Shown one piece after another: positions 1 through 8,572 of a stretch of DNA of 37,197 nucleotides (the first letter of the stretch is position 1; each line of letters starts with the position of its first letter). The notes beneath the pieces are model-generated. The model was not told the DNA's origin and searched no databases. It worked only from the letters and a program-made list of their open reading frames with translations. A program made the translations under genes and the position numbers. Source of the DNA: Vulcanimicrobiaceae bacterium (GTDB lineage Bacteria; Vulcanimicrobiota; Vulcanimicrobiia; Vulcanimicrobiales; Vulcanimicrobiaceae); contig JBHEMM010000008.1 in assembly GCA_046262595.1 (NCBI GenBank), forward strand, positions 6,231 to 43,427, written 5' to 3'.

Positions 1-5
1 GATCG

Positions 6-683
6 ATGCCGTTAAGCGCTAGCATCGTGCTCGCCGCGCTGTACGCCGGCATTCAAGCGTTGTTTCTAACCGGCATGCACACGGACGTGGCGGGCGCGCA
101 GCGCGGCGTCGCGCCCGGAGCGCTGCTGCAGATCGGCGCGCAGGGCAGGCGAGTGGGTTTTCGCATCGAGGGGATACCGCCCGTGGGGCTGCCGCAAAAG
201 CCGTCCCCGTTTTACGGCGCTGCCACGCCTCAGCTCAGTCTCTTCAACGGCGCCGTGCGGTATGCCGTCGATTCATCCTCGACGCTTTGGGCTGGCTTCG
301 GTGAGACCGTTATCAATCAAAAAACTCCGCTGCCGAATCTCTCGCAGGTTGTCGCCTCACGTCTTGCCGGTTTACGGTATGAGGTGATGTACCGCGCGCT
401 GCTGGGCAGCGGACACTTCGTCGAGCTGATCGCGGGCGGTGCGCCGCACCTGACCGGCGCCGACCACTATTTCTACAGCATTCCGCATTCCGGCGTCGAC
501 AGGCCGGAGATTGCCGCAGAAGAAGACGCGCAAGCGGCATGGGGCGTGCGTTTACGCGGCTCCGAACTGCTGCTCGGCGCCCGTACGATCGACTTCTCCG
601 CGCGCTACGCCGCAACCGGCGCAGCCGCCGATCGTAACAACGGCGCGGGCCTCATGCTGGAGTGGCGACGCTTCATTAAGTAG
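6..683 (+). CDS. Hypothetical exported protein, possibly outer-membrane beta-barrel-like
   Basis: 225-aa ORF with hydrophobic N-terminus and alternating polar/hydrophobic segments (LRYEVMY, WGVRL, LMLEWRRF near C-terminus); no family recognised. Confidence 0.55.
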   Translation: MPLSASIVLAALYAGIQALFLTGMHTDVAGAQRGVAPGALLQIGAQGRRVGFRIEGIPPVGLPQKPSPFYGAATPQLSLFNGAVRYAVDSSSTLWAGFGETVINQKTPLPNLSQVVASRLAGLRYEVMYRALLGSGHFVELIAGGAPHLTGADHYFYSIPHSGVDRPEIAAEEDAQAAWGVRLRGSELLLGARTIDFSARYAATGAAADRNNGAGLMLEWRRFIK

Positions 684-689
684 CGGTGC

Positions 690-2702
690 TCAGGGCAGGT
701 TGATGCTGCGGACATCGGGCGCCTGAAGCAACGGCTTCATGCGTGCCGCAGCGTTCCCGGAAGGCTCCGTCATGCACGTCTCCCATGCCGCCACGAGCTT
801 GTGAACGCACGCCGTTTCGGAATACTGCGCTCGAACCATTCGCGAAGCGTCTGTCTGGGGATGAAGAATGCCCGCCGCGTGCATTTCAAAAAGACGCGTC
901 ACTTCGCGTTCCATGTCGTAACGCGTTTTAACCGTATGGCAAAATGGGAACGCTTGGGTCCATAAAACGTACCGTCCTGCGGCGAGTGCCTCCAGAACCA
1001 TCAATGAGAGGCCGTCATGCCGGGTGAAGCGCACCAGAAGCGAGCTGCGCCGGTAGACGCCGGTGAGATCTTCCAGCCAGCCCAAGTTCGTTGCACGCAC
1101 GTTGGGCGGAACGGTAATCGCGCCCCCGCCGACGATGAGATACTCGATCGGCAAATGTGAAAGCGATACCATCGTCCGCTCGAACTCTTGCAACCCGTAG
1201 AAGCTCCCGCGCGTTCGCGGCACGTACAAAAGAATGGTAAAATTCCCAGGCAGCGGCGGAATTTCGTGCAGAGCGCTGTTGGGGGGAAGCGGAACGATGT
1301 GTGCGGTCAGGCCCGCAGCGCGCAGTTCATCGGCGATCCATTGCGCCTCGACCAGGTGCGTGAAGCGCGGCCCAGAAAGAATTTTCGCCACGCGCGGATT
1401 CTGCAGCGCGGTCACGTCGGAACCGACCCAATGAATGACGCGCCGGCGGTTGATCTCACGTGCAAACCACTCGATCCGGCGGTCGCTTCTCGGCTCGCCG
1501 ATGGAGTACCACAGATCGCATTTTAATATCGTGAAGAACGCTGCGAGAACATCGAGGTGTGTTCGCGCTCCGACGCGCTCGGGCGTCCATCTCATCCCGT
1601 GCCGATCGAGTTGCCGGGCCAGCCGCGAACAAAAGAGCGGAAGTCCTGAAAGCGCCACGCGTCTGAACTGCTGCGCCGGACGCCTCAGAGAAAAGCGCGG
1701 CGCAATGGAAAGGACGTACTTTTCAAATGCGGCGGCAAGCGGATGGATCACGTCTTTTGCCGGCCGCGTTTGCCGGCCCAGCAGCAGCACGGCGTAGGGC
1801 ACGTATTTGAGGCCAGTCCACGAACGGATGGAGGACCGGTACGCTTCCCATGCCCGCGAAAAATTTCCGTTGATGCGGTAGTGCGAGGAAATGGAATGAT
1901 TCGCGTCGCTCATTCGGCGCGAAATCGCGCGCGCGTGCGCTGGATTTGTCGTCCATCTCAGCATTGCTTCGAGCGAATCGATTGAGGCATCGACGTAAGA
2001 ATCACGTTTCGATTGGGACACATCGGAGCTGTAAACCCGGTATGAAAGCCTGTTGACGAATCGAACGTTCAGGTCGCTCGCGATCCGGAACGCAATAACC
2101 GTCCATTCGCGGTGGCGCGGTAAATCAGCGAAGTATCTTGAACCGACCGTGTGCGTGCGGAACATGCCCCCGCACGACGCTAGCCAGTTATGCGACCGGA
2201 GCACCGACTCCGCGTAATCCGTTCTCGTAAGTTGCGCGCCGTTCGGGAAAACGCACCTGGCGCCGGTCGGAGTGATGTAAATGCCGTTCGTAGCGATGCA
2301 ATCGAAGCTCGGCGATTGCTGCAGCAGCCGGGCTGAAAAGGAAAAGGCGCCCGGCCGGAACTCATCATCGTCGTCTAAGAAGCAAAAGTACTCGCCGCGA
2401 ACCATCGATCTGCCTAAGAACGTAGCCAGCGCCTTGTTGCTTTTCTCTAACACGACACAGCGCGTACGGTCGCGGCTGCGCGCCCAAGCGACCATTTCAC
2501 CGTCCGGCGCACTGCCGTTGAAGACAACAATGCATTCGGTTCGGACACCGGTCTGTGAAAGTATAGAGCCAACGGCGCGTTTAAATTCGGCGCGCCGCGA
2601 GGAATCGCCGGCAGTGCGCACCACAGCTGAAATCAACAAATCCGATACTTGCAACGCGAACCTAACGTAGTGGCGGTAACGAGGCTGACGACAGCATGCC
2701 AC
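690..2702 (-). CDS. Two-domain glycosyltransferase (N-terminal GT2 + C-terminal GT4-like)
   Basis: GT-A motif GEYFCFLDDDD in N-half; GT-B signature HDGLSLMVLEALAAG in C-half; true start may be TTG at ~2654. Confidence 0.8.
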   Translation of the reverse strand: MACCRQPRYRHYVRFALQVSDLLISAVVRTAGDSSRRAEFKRAVGSILSQTGVRTECIVVFNGSAPDGEMVAWARSRDRTRCVVLEKSNKALATFLGRSMVRGEYFCFLDDDDEFRPGAFSFSARLLQQSPSFDCIATNGIYITPTGARCVFPNGAQLTRTDYAESVLRSHNWLASCGGMFRTHTVGSRYFADLPRHREWTVIAFRIASDLNVRFVNRLSYRVYSSDVSQSKRDSYVDASIDSLEAMLRWTTNPAHARAISRRMSDANHSISSHYRINGNFSRAWEAYRSSIRSWTGLKYVPYAVLLLGRQTRPAKDVIHPLAAAFEKYVLSIAPRFSLRRPAQQFRRVALSGLPLFCSRLARQLDRHGMRWTPERVGARTHLDVLAAFFTILKCDLWYSIGEPRSDRRIEWFAREINRRRVIHWVGSDVTALQNPRVAKILSGPRFTHLVEAQWIADELRAAGLTAHIVPLPPNSALHEIPPLPGNFTILLYVPRTRGSFYGLQEFERTMVSLSHLPIEYLIVGGGAITVPPNVRATNLGWLEDLTGVYRRSSLLVRFTRHDGLSLMVLEALAAGRYVLWTQAFPFCHTVKTRYDMEREVTRLFEMHAAGILHPQTDASRMVRAQYSETACVHKLVAAWETCMTEPSGNAAARMKPLLQAPDVRSINLP

Positions 2703-2822
2703 AACGCAGCCCCGCTTGAGGAGAGGCCTAGCGTCGGCATCAATAGGGCGAGAGGCCTAGTGCGCCGCAGCGGCACGGGAGTTTGTCTGTCTGCTTGTCT
2801 GGGTAGCCAGCTTTCGAAATAT

Positions 2823-3500
2823 ATGCGCACTTTTCTTCCACGTCGTGTTGCTTCTTTGCTTGTCGCCTTGCGCTGCGCGTATATTTTCCGGCGCGCTGTG
2901 CGCCGGCTGGCGCACCTGCGATCGGGCGAACTTCCCTCCGACGATCTACTCAGGTCGCTCGTGCGCGGGTGGAACAACGACGATTTTGTGGCGCAGCCGG
3001 AATACCTTCGCGCGCTCGCCCAATTGTGCAGCGCTTCAACGCTTCCGATACTGGAATGCGGCAGCGGGTTGACGACGATCGTGTGCGCCGCGATTGCCGG
3101 CCGCCGCGGCATTGAAGTATGGACGCTGGAAAATCACCTTGGGTGGCTTGCCCGCGTTCGAAATGCGAGCCGTATCTTCGCATCGCCAATGCTGCATTTA
3201 AAGCACGCGCCGCTGCGCAGCTACGGAGACTTCGATTGGTACGAGATTCAGCCGGAGGACCTGCCCGCTCGGTTTGGTTTGGTAATCTGTGACGGGCCTC
3301 GCGGCACAACGCGAGGCGGACGGTTTGGGCTTATGCCGGTACTGGGCGACCGGCTAGCGCCCGGCTCGGTGATCTTGGCAGACGATGTCCACCGCGACGC
3401 CGAACGCAACGTCATCGAGAAGTGGAGAACGTTCGCACACATGGATTTTGCCGTGGAACCTTCCGGTTCGCGCGCATTCGCATTAATCACCCTCCGTTAG
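2823..3500 (+). CDS. Class I SAM-dependent methyltransferase (Methyltransf_24-like)
   Basis: ILECGSGLTT motif I, LVICDGP...GR, ILADD; ATG at 2823 chosen within ORF 2649..3500. Confidence 0.75.
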   Translation: MRTFLPRRVASLLVALRCAYIFRRAVRRLAHLRSGELPSDDLLRSLVRGWNNDDFVAQPEYLRALAQLCSASTLPILECGSGLTTIVCAAIAGRRGIEVWTLENHLGWLARVRNASRIFASPMLHLKHAPLRSYGDFDWYEIQPEDLPARFGLVICDGPRGTTRGGRFGLMPVLGDRLAPGSVILADDVHRDAERNVIEKWRTFAHMDFAVEPSGSRAFALITLR

Positions 3501-3519
3501 GTGTTGGAGCGGCGCTGGT

Positions 3520-4881
3520 ATGAAGCGAACCCCGGGCGATTTCTCCAAAAAAACACTGGAAACGTTTTTGCTGCGGCTGCTCACGCAAATGCTGTCCGTC
3601 GCAGGCGGCATTGCCGTTGCGCGGGCGCTTGGCCCGTCCGGAAAAGGTGTCTTTGCGTATGCGACTACCGTGCTCGCGCTGCTCGTCAGCGTGAGCGGCG
3701 GCGCGTCTGCCGCCGTTTCGCGCCAATACGGCCGCTTGAAAGTTCCCGGCGGCGTTGTCTATGCCGGCATGGTGCGGCTGTTCTTGATTGCTTGCTTGCC
3801 GCTATCGGCAGGGTTGGCGGCTTTCGCGTTAGCGACGCACCAGACGATTCTGCTCGCGCCGGCGTTTGCGTTCCCGTTCGCATATATCAATCAAGTGACG
3901 CTGGCTTTTTCACTTGCGGACGGCGAAGTGCGGTGGGCCAACGTGCAGGGCCTTGCAATTGCCATGGCCCTCGCAGTTGCCACGGTTGTGCTCTGCGTGC
4001 TGCTGCACCGCGACATCAACGCTTTGCTGGTGGCGCTGGTGGTGATTTATGCGGCCGTCAGCGTTTACTCGTTCGTAAAAATCCGCAGGTATGCCGTCCG
4101 TTCCGGCGACGCGCCTCAGCGCCGCCAGGTGCTTCGGGAGCAAGCCGTTTTCGGCGCACGTGTAACCGTCAATCAGCTGCTCGCATCGCTGAACTTTCAA
4201 ATCGACATCTTTATCGTGCTCGCACTGCTTGGGCATGCCAAGCTCGGAACGTATTCCGTCGCGGTAGGACTCGGGCAAATGATGTGGTTCCTGAGCCGGC
4301 CGCTCGCGGTCACGTCTTATGGCCAGGTCACGAGCGGCACGCGCGCGCAAGCGGTCCAGATAACCCTTCTCTGCGTGCGTCATGCGTTGCTCGCGGTAGG
4401 TCTCGCCTGCATCGTGCTGTTTTTTCTCGGCCCGCGAATCATCGTGTTCGTCTATGGACCGGCGTTTTACGATTCCGGACCGGCGCTGCAGTGGCTGCTT
4501 CCCGGCATTTTGGCGTATTGCGTGGTTCCTTTTTTCGCGCAATACTTTACGCTGCAAGCCGGCAAGCCCGCGATCAATACCGCGGTTACCGTGCTGTCGA
4601 TCGTTATCTGCGCCGCGCTGACGTTTGTATTGGCCCCTCGATTCGGCATTATCGGCGGCTCGATCGGGACGTCCGCTTCTTATGTGCTTTCGCTTGCCGT
4701 TGCCATTGCGATCTTTCAAAAAGAGACGGGCACGGGGCTGCGGGAAATTTTCACTTTCGACCGCGCGGATGTCGGCAGATACTCCGCCCTGGTTCGCTGG
4801 GCCGCCGGATCCCTGTTCCGGTTGGCGCGCACCGGACGGCCGGCAGCGCCGAGCCAACAGCCGAACGAAAAACTTTCTTAA
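3520..4881 (+). CDS. Oligosaccharide flippase (Wzx/MOP superfamily polysaccharide biosynthesis protein)
   Basis: 453 aa, many TM helices, ARALGPSGKG motif, LGTYSVAV, FGIIGGSIGTS; adjacent to glycosyltransferase. Confidence 0.85.
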   Translation: MKRTPGDFSKKTLETFLLRLLTQMLSVAGGIAVARALGPSGKGVFAYATTVLALLVSVSGGASAAVSRQYGRLKVPGGVVYAGMVRLFLIACLPLSAGLAAFALATHQTILLAPAFAFPFAYINQVTLAFSLADGEVRWANVQGLAIAMALAVATVVLCVLLHRDINALLVALVVIYAAVSVYSFVKIRRYAVRSGDAPQRRQVLREQAVFGARVTVNQLLASLNFQIDIFIVLALLGHAKLGTYSVAVGLGQMMWFLSRPLAVTSYGQVTSGTRAQAVQITLLCVRHALLAVGLACIVLFFLGPRIIVFVYGPAFYDSGPALQWLLPGILAYCVVPFFAQYFTLQAGKPAINTAVTVLSIVICAALTFVLAPRFGIIGGSIGTSASYVLSLAVAIAIFQKETGTGLREIFTFDRADVGRYSALVRWAAGSLFRLARTGRPAAPSQQPNEKLS

Positions 4882-4893
4882 GAAGGCGCGTGC

Positions 4894-5346
4894 TCACCGC
4901 AGGTTGATGCCTTCGAACGCCAACAGTTTGCGGCGCATCGACGCGCGCGACGCTCCGCGCACCGTACCGTCCGCGCCGACGACGCGGTGTGCCGGAACGA
5001 AAAGCGCCAATGGCGATCGTGACATTGCGCGCGCAACGCCGCGCGCCGCCCGTGGTTTTCCGAGAGCGCGCGCGAGATCGCTATAGGAAATCAGCTCGCC
5101 CGTTTCCAGTTGCGAGACGGCTTGCCACACCGCGCATTCGAACTCCGCTCCGTCGAAGTGCAGCGGAAGATCGAAACGCAGCAGCCGCCGGCGGAAATAT
5201 GCTTTGACCTGATCGCGTGCCTCGCGCAGCAGCGGGTCGCTTACCGCGGGCGACCGTTTGAGCGAGCGCGAAAAGCCGCTTGCGACGATGGCCTCTCCGT
5301 TCGAGCGGACGAGCAGGCGGCAGCCGAGCGGCGTGTGGAGCAGCAT
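4894..5346 (-). CDS. Ogt/MGMT-family alkyltransferase-like protein (active-site Cys replaced by Ala)
   Basis: HTPLG start, GELISYSDLA, RAARGVA, VPAHRVV instead of PCHRVV, KLLAFEG end. Confidence 0.85.
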   Translation of the reverse strand: MLLHTPLGCRLLVRSNGEAIVASGFSRSLKRSPAVSDPLLREARDQVKAYFRRRLLRFDLPLHFDGAEFECAVWQAVSQLETGELISYSDLARALGKPRAARGVARAMSRSPLALFVPAHRVVGADGTVRGASRASMRRKLLAFEGINLR

Positions 5347-5365
5347 GCTTGGGTAAGTTCCCGGT

Positions 5366-5491
5366 ATGGATGACGACATCAACAAACCCGAAGACGAAGA
5401 TCAGGATGACGGAGCCGACAAAAAACTGACCGAATACGACAAGACGGTTGCCGATTCGTTTCCGGCGAGCGACCCACCAGCGCAGCCTTAG
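5366..5491 (+). CDS. 41-aa acidic small protein with DSFPASDPP motif
   Basis: MDDDINKPEDEDQDDGADKKLTEYDKTVADSFPASDPPAQP*, read by hand (below ORF-track cutoff); SFPASDPP recurs in small bacterial proteins. Confidence 0.7.
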   Translation: MDDDINKPEDEDQDDGADKKLTEYDKTVADSFPASDPPAQP

Positions 5492-5543
5492 TCGGACGAT
5501 CGGGATCGCGAACAGCGTCCGCGCGTACTTGTGTCGCAGCGCA

Positions 5544-5852
5544 TCAACACACCACCTCCGGCTCAACCAGCGCGTGCATGCGCCGTGCCGCCGCTTCGCG
5601 CTTTTGCGAGGCAGCAGCTTGAAGACGATCGGTGCTTCTGGCGTGTCGCGCCGTAAGGCCGGATTCTTTTCGGAAATCGATCATCTCGAGCGAGAAGCAA
5701 AGCAGACATCGCCGATCGGTAGCGCGCCGCCTTCGTTCGAGCTGGATCGCGTGCGCATGTCGTTCGCATAGCACATGCGACTTCCCGCACAGGAAGCGCG
5801 GTGCCGCGGGGCAATGCTCGCCGTCTTTTTGTACCCAGTCGCACTTTACCAT
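5544..5852 (-). CDS. Hypothetical Cys/His-rich protein (possible metal-binding)
   Basis: 102 aa with several Cys/His (CDW, HCP, LCGKSH, LCERH, CLLC); ATG 3 nt after the upstream small ORF stop. Confidence 0.45.
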   Translation of the reverse strand: MVKCDWVQKDGEHCPAAPRFLCGKSHVLCERHAHAIQLERRRRATDRRCLLCFSLEMIDFRKESGLTARHARSTDRLQAAASQKREAAARRMHALVEPEVVC

Positions 5853-5855
5853 CGC

Positions 5856-6005
5856 TTAAGCGCTCGTTAAAGCGTTTTCGGTGCGCGGGAATTGATGCAG
5901 TTCTCGAACGTGCATTGCCTCGAATGTTGCACTGAGCCAGCCATGGGCGGCGTACTGCGCCGAAATACTGCCGGCAGAAACGCCGGAACGTTCAGAAGTC
6001 GTCAT
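5856..6005 (-). CDS. 49-aa hypothetical small protein
   Basis: GGGGAGAGG-caaa-ATG RBS; stop lies 3 nt before the next ATG (operon-like). Confidence 0.35.
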   Translation of the reverse strand: MTTSERSGVSAGSISAQYAAHGWLSATFEAMHVRELHQFPRTENALTSA

Positions 6006-6207
6006 TTTGCCTCTCCCCCTGCAAAAATGAGTCCCGCGACCGCGGGGGAGAATCATAACGAATATCAAGTTGTTCCGTCAAGCGGGCGATTGTCCCCATC
6101 GTCGTCAGCACGCCACGGTAAAAAGCCGATGCACAGGCTTACGATCCGGCGCCGGACAAGGTGTTGCGTACGCGCCGCGCCGCATTGGTGAATGCTTGGC
6201 GCCGTGC

Positions 6208-6298
6208 GGAGAGGTGGCAGAGCGGTTTAATGCAGCGGTCTTGAAAACCGCAGAAGGTGATGAATCTTCCGAGGGTTCGAATCCCTCCCTCTCCTCCA
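6208..6298 (+). tRNA. tRNA-Ser (anticodon UGA)
   Basis: GGAGAGG/CCTCTCC acceptor stem, anticodon arm GCGGT-CTTGAAA-ACCGC, long variable arm, GGTTCGAATCC T-arm, encoded CCA. Confidence 0.97.
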
Positions 6299-6531
6299 GC
6301 GCGTCCCCCGGACGAAGACTCGCGCATCCGGTCAGCCCTCCGGAGCGGACGAACGTCCGTTCGGGCCGCAAAAAAGGCGAAAAAAGAAAGAATCGAACGT
6401 CCCCTGCGGAACCTTTCCTGGCTCCCTAGTGTTAACCGTACCGTTAGGTTTCGAAATTGCGGTCTACGTTCCAAGTGCTGGCGAGTCGGATACCAAGACA
6501 AATCAACCAATAAGTAGTAGGAGACTCGTAC

Positions 6532-6861
6532 ATGTACTCAGATGAAACGCTTACGTGCGTAGACTGCTCGCGGTCGTTCCCGTTTTCGGCGAGCGAACAA
6601 GAGTTTTTCGCAAGCAAAGGCTTTACCAATAAGCCCAGCCGTTGCGCGGATTGCCGCGCGGCGCGCAAAGCTTCACGCGGCGACAGCGGCGGCGGCGGCA
6701 GCTACGGTGGGAACCGTGGCGGCGGCGGCGGCGGCCAGCGCGAAATGTTCAAAGCAACGTGCAGCCAATGCGGCGGAGTGGCCGAAGTGCCGTTCCAGCC
6801 CCGCGGCGACAAGCCCGTTTATTGCCGCGATTGCTTCGCATCGCGTCCTAGCTACCGCTAG
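6532..6861 (+). CDS. Zinc-ribbon / CxxC-x17-CxxC domain protein
   Basis: TLTCVDC...EQEFFASKGF...RCADCR, Gly-rich linker, CSQCG..VPFQPRGDKPVYCRDCF; strong AGGAG RBS. Confidence 0.92.
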   Translation: MYSDETLTCVDCSRSFPFSASEQEFFASKGFTNKPSRCADCRAARKASRGDSGGGGSYGGNRGGGGGGQREMFKATCSQCGGVAEVPFQPRGDKPVYCRDCFASRPSYR

Positions 6862-6881
6862 ACGCACGGCGTAACACGCAG

Positions 6882-6913
6882 AAGCGCACCGCCGATCGGC
6901 GGTGCGCTTTTTT
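6882..6913 (+). terminator. Rho-independent terminator between convergent genes
   Basis: Perfect palindrome AAGCGCACCGCCGA/TCGGCGGTGCGCTT followed by T-run. Confidence 0.9.
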
Positions 6914-6914
6914 G

Positions 6915-7772
6915 TTACCCCCGCTCGATTGTACGAATGATCAGCGGCACTTGCGCCGGTAATTCGCGGGCTAAGAAGCCTGCGCCGGTTTCGCGCTTGA
7001 GACGTTCGCCCGCTTTGGCATGCACGTATACGCCCCACGCGATCGCGTGCAGCGGGTGCGTGCCCCGCGCAAGCAAACCGCCGATAATGCCCGCCAACGT
7101 GTCGCCGGAACCCGAGGTCGCAAGCGCTGCCGTACCGCTCGTGTTGCAATACAGGTCGCTCTGCGGTCCAGCAATCCATGTTCGCTCGCCTTTGAGCGCT
7201 ATCCACGCGCCGAAACGTTCGACTGCCGCGTGCAGCGCGCGAACGGGGCCGTTCTCCACTTCGCGCCTTTCGCATTGCAGCAGTGCGGCCATCTCGCCGG
7301 CATGCGGCGTGAGCACGACGCCGACGCCCGCGCCGCGTACCAAGGCAGGGTCAGCGCCGATGCAAACCAGCGCCGCGGCGTCGAGCACCACGGGCCCGCG
7401 CGCGAGCGGAAGCAGGCGCGTCAAGAGCGTTGCGCACGCATCGGAATCCATGCCGGGACCGAGCACCGCCGCGTCGGCGTGCTGCATCAACGGGTCCGCT
7501 TTTTCGAACGCCACAGACAGCGCTTCCGGCATCGCGATGCCGATCTGGGGCGCGATGGCGGGGCTCGTTGCGATCTGCAGCTTTCCGGCGCCCGCGCGCA
7601 ATGCGGCCGTCGCGCACAACGTGACCGGCCCGGGCAACTCTTGGGAACCCCCGACGATGAGAATTCGGCCGCGCTCATTTTTGTCGCCGCTTCGGTGCGC
7701 GGGCAGCGGCCATCCGCGCAACCGCGCCGAGGTCAGTGTTTTACTTCGGAGCAACGGGTACGTCCGGTTCAC
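6915..7772 (-). CDS. nnrD: ADP-dependent NAD(P)H-hydrate dehydratase
   Basis: K..RGRILIVGGS, ALRAGAG, LGPGM, VVLDA, LTPHAGEM, LATSGSGDTLAG motifs. Confidence 0.92.
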   Translation of the reverse strand: MNRTYPLLRSKTLTSARLRGWPLPAHRSGDKNERGRILIVGGSQELPGPVTLCATAALRAGAGKLQIATSPAIAPQIGIAMPEALSVAFEKADPLMQHADAAVLGPGMDSDACATLLTRLLPLARGPVVLDAAALVCIGADPALVRGAGVGVVLTPHAGEMAALLQCERREVENGPVRALHAAVERFGAWIALKGERTWIAGPQSDLYCNTSGTAALATSGSGDTLAGIIGGLLARGTHPLHAIAWGVYVHAKAGERLKRETGAGFLARELPAQVPLIIRTIERG

Positions 7773-8508
7773 GCGTAACGGCCTCGCCGGCTTCTTTCAT
7801 CGGCGTTACCTCGTTATAGCGCTCCAAGCGCAAACCGTTTGGCGATCCGGCATCGGCGGCATACGACGTAACTGAGCAGTTCGCAACGTCGCCTTGCCGG
7901 TCGATCGTGAGAATCTGATGTTCGTTCATCGCTTCAATGACGTAACGCATGCAGAGCACGACCACTTGATGGCTCACGATAGCGATGCTCTGCCCCGCGT
8001 GCTCGCGCTGCATCTGCGCAAAAAAGCTGCGCACCCGCAACACCACGTCCGTCCAGCTTTCGCCGCCGGGCGGGCGGTAATAGAATTTGCCGAGGCGATC
8101 GCGCATCTCGACTTGCTCCGGAAAACGCGCTTGGATACCGCTGTGCGTTAGACGGTCCAGCATGCCGAACTCGCGCTCGCGCAAGCGTTCGTCGCACCGC
8201 GGCGCCGTGTTCCAAAGCGCCCTCTGAGCCATCAGCTCCGCCGTTTGCCGCGCGCGCACGTAGGGTGAACTATAGACGACGGCCGGTGTTTCGCCGCGCT
8301 CGCGTATCCACTCGCCGAGCGCTTGGGATTGCCGTTCCCCTAATGCCGAGAGCGGGACGTCACAGTCCCGCGCCGCGATGTCAACGACGCGGCGGCCCTC
8401 GGCTAAGGCAGCGTCACGCGCAACGTTGCCCGCGCTCTCGCCGTGCCGGATGAGCACGAGGCGGGCGGGCGTCTGCTTTAGCGGATCCGGCGGATGCAGT
8501 TGGCTCAC
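7741..8508 (-). CDS. Histidine phosphatase (phosphoglycerate mutase family)
   Basis: LIRHGES, SSPYVRARQT, LREREFG, GGESW, VSHQ; GTG at 8508. Confidence 0.9.
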   Translation of the reverse strand: MSQLHPPDPLKQTPARLVLIRHGESAGNVARDAALAEGRRVVDIAARDCDVPLSALGERQSQALGEWIRERGETPAVVYSSPYVRARQTAELMAQRALWNTAPRCDERLREREFGMLDRLTHSGIQARFPEQVEMRDRLGKFYYRPPGGESWTDVVLRVRSFFAQMQREHAGQSIAIVSHQVVVLCMRYVIEAMNEHQILTIDRQGDVANCSVTSYAADAGSPNGLRLERYNEVTPMKEAGEAVTREPDVPVAPK

Positions 8509-8572
8509 TGTACGTCGTTGTACCCGCAAGTTGCGACCCGGCCGGACGACGCGTGCGCGCGGTCGGAGGGTC

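Noticed and set aside
6208..6420. tRNA-Ser as an integration site for an island or prophage
   Set aside because: No integrase and no duplicated tRNA 3' end seen in the window
6685..6735. GGC tandem repeats
   Set aside because: They encode the Gly-rich linker of the zinc-ribbon protein; not a CRISPR or independent repeat
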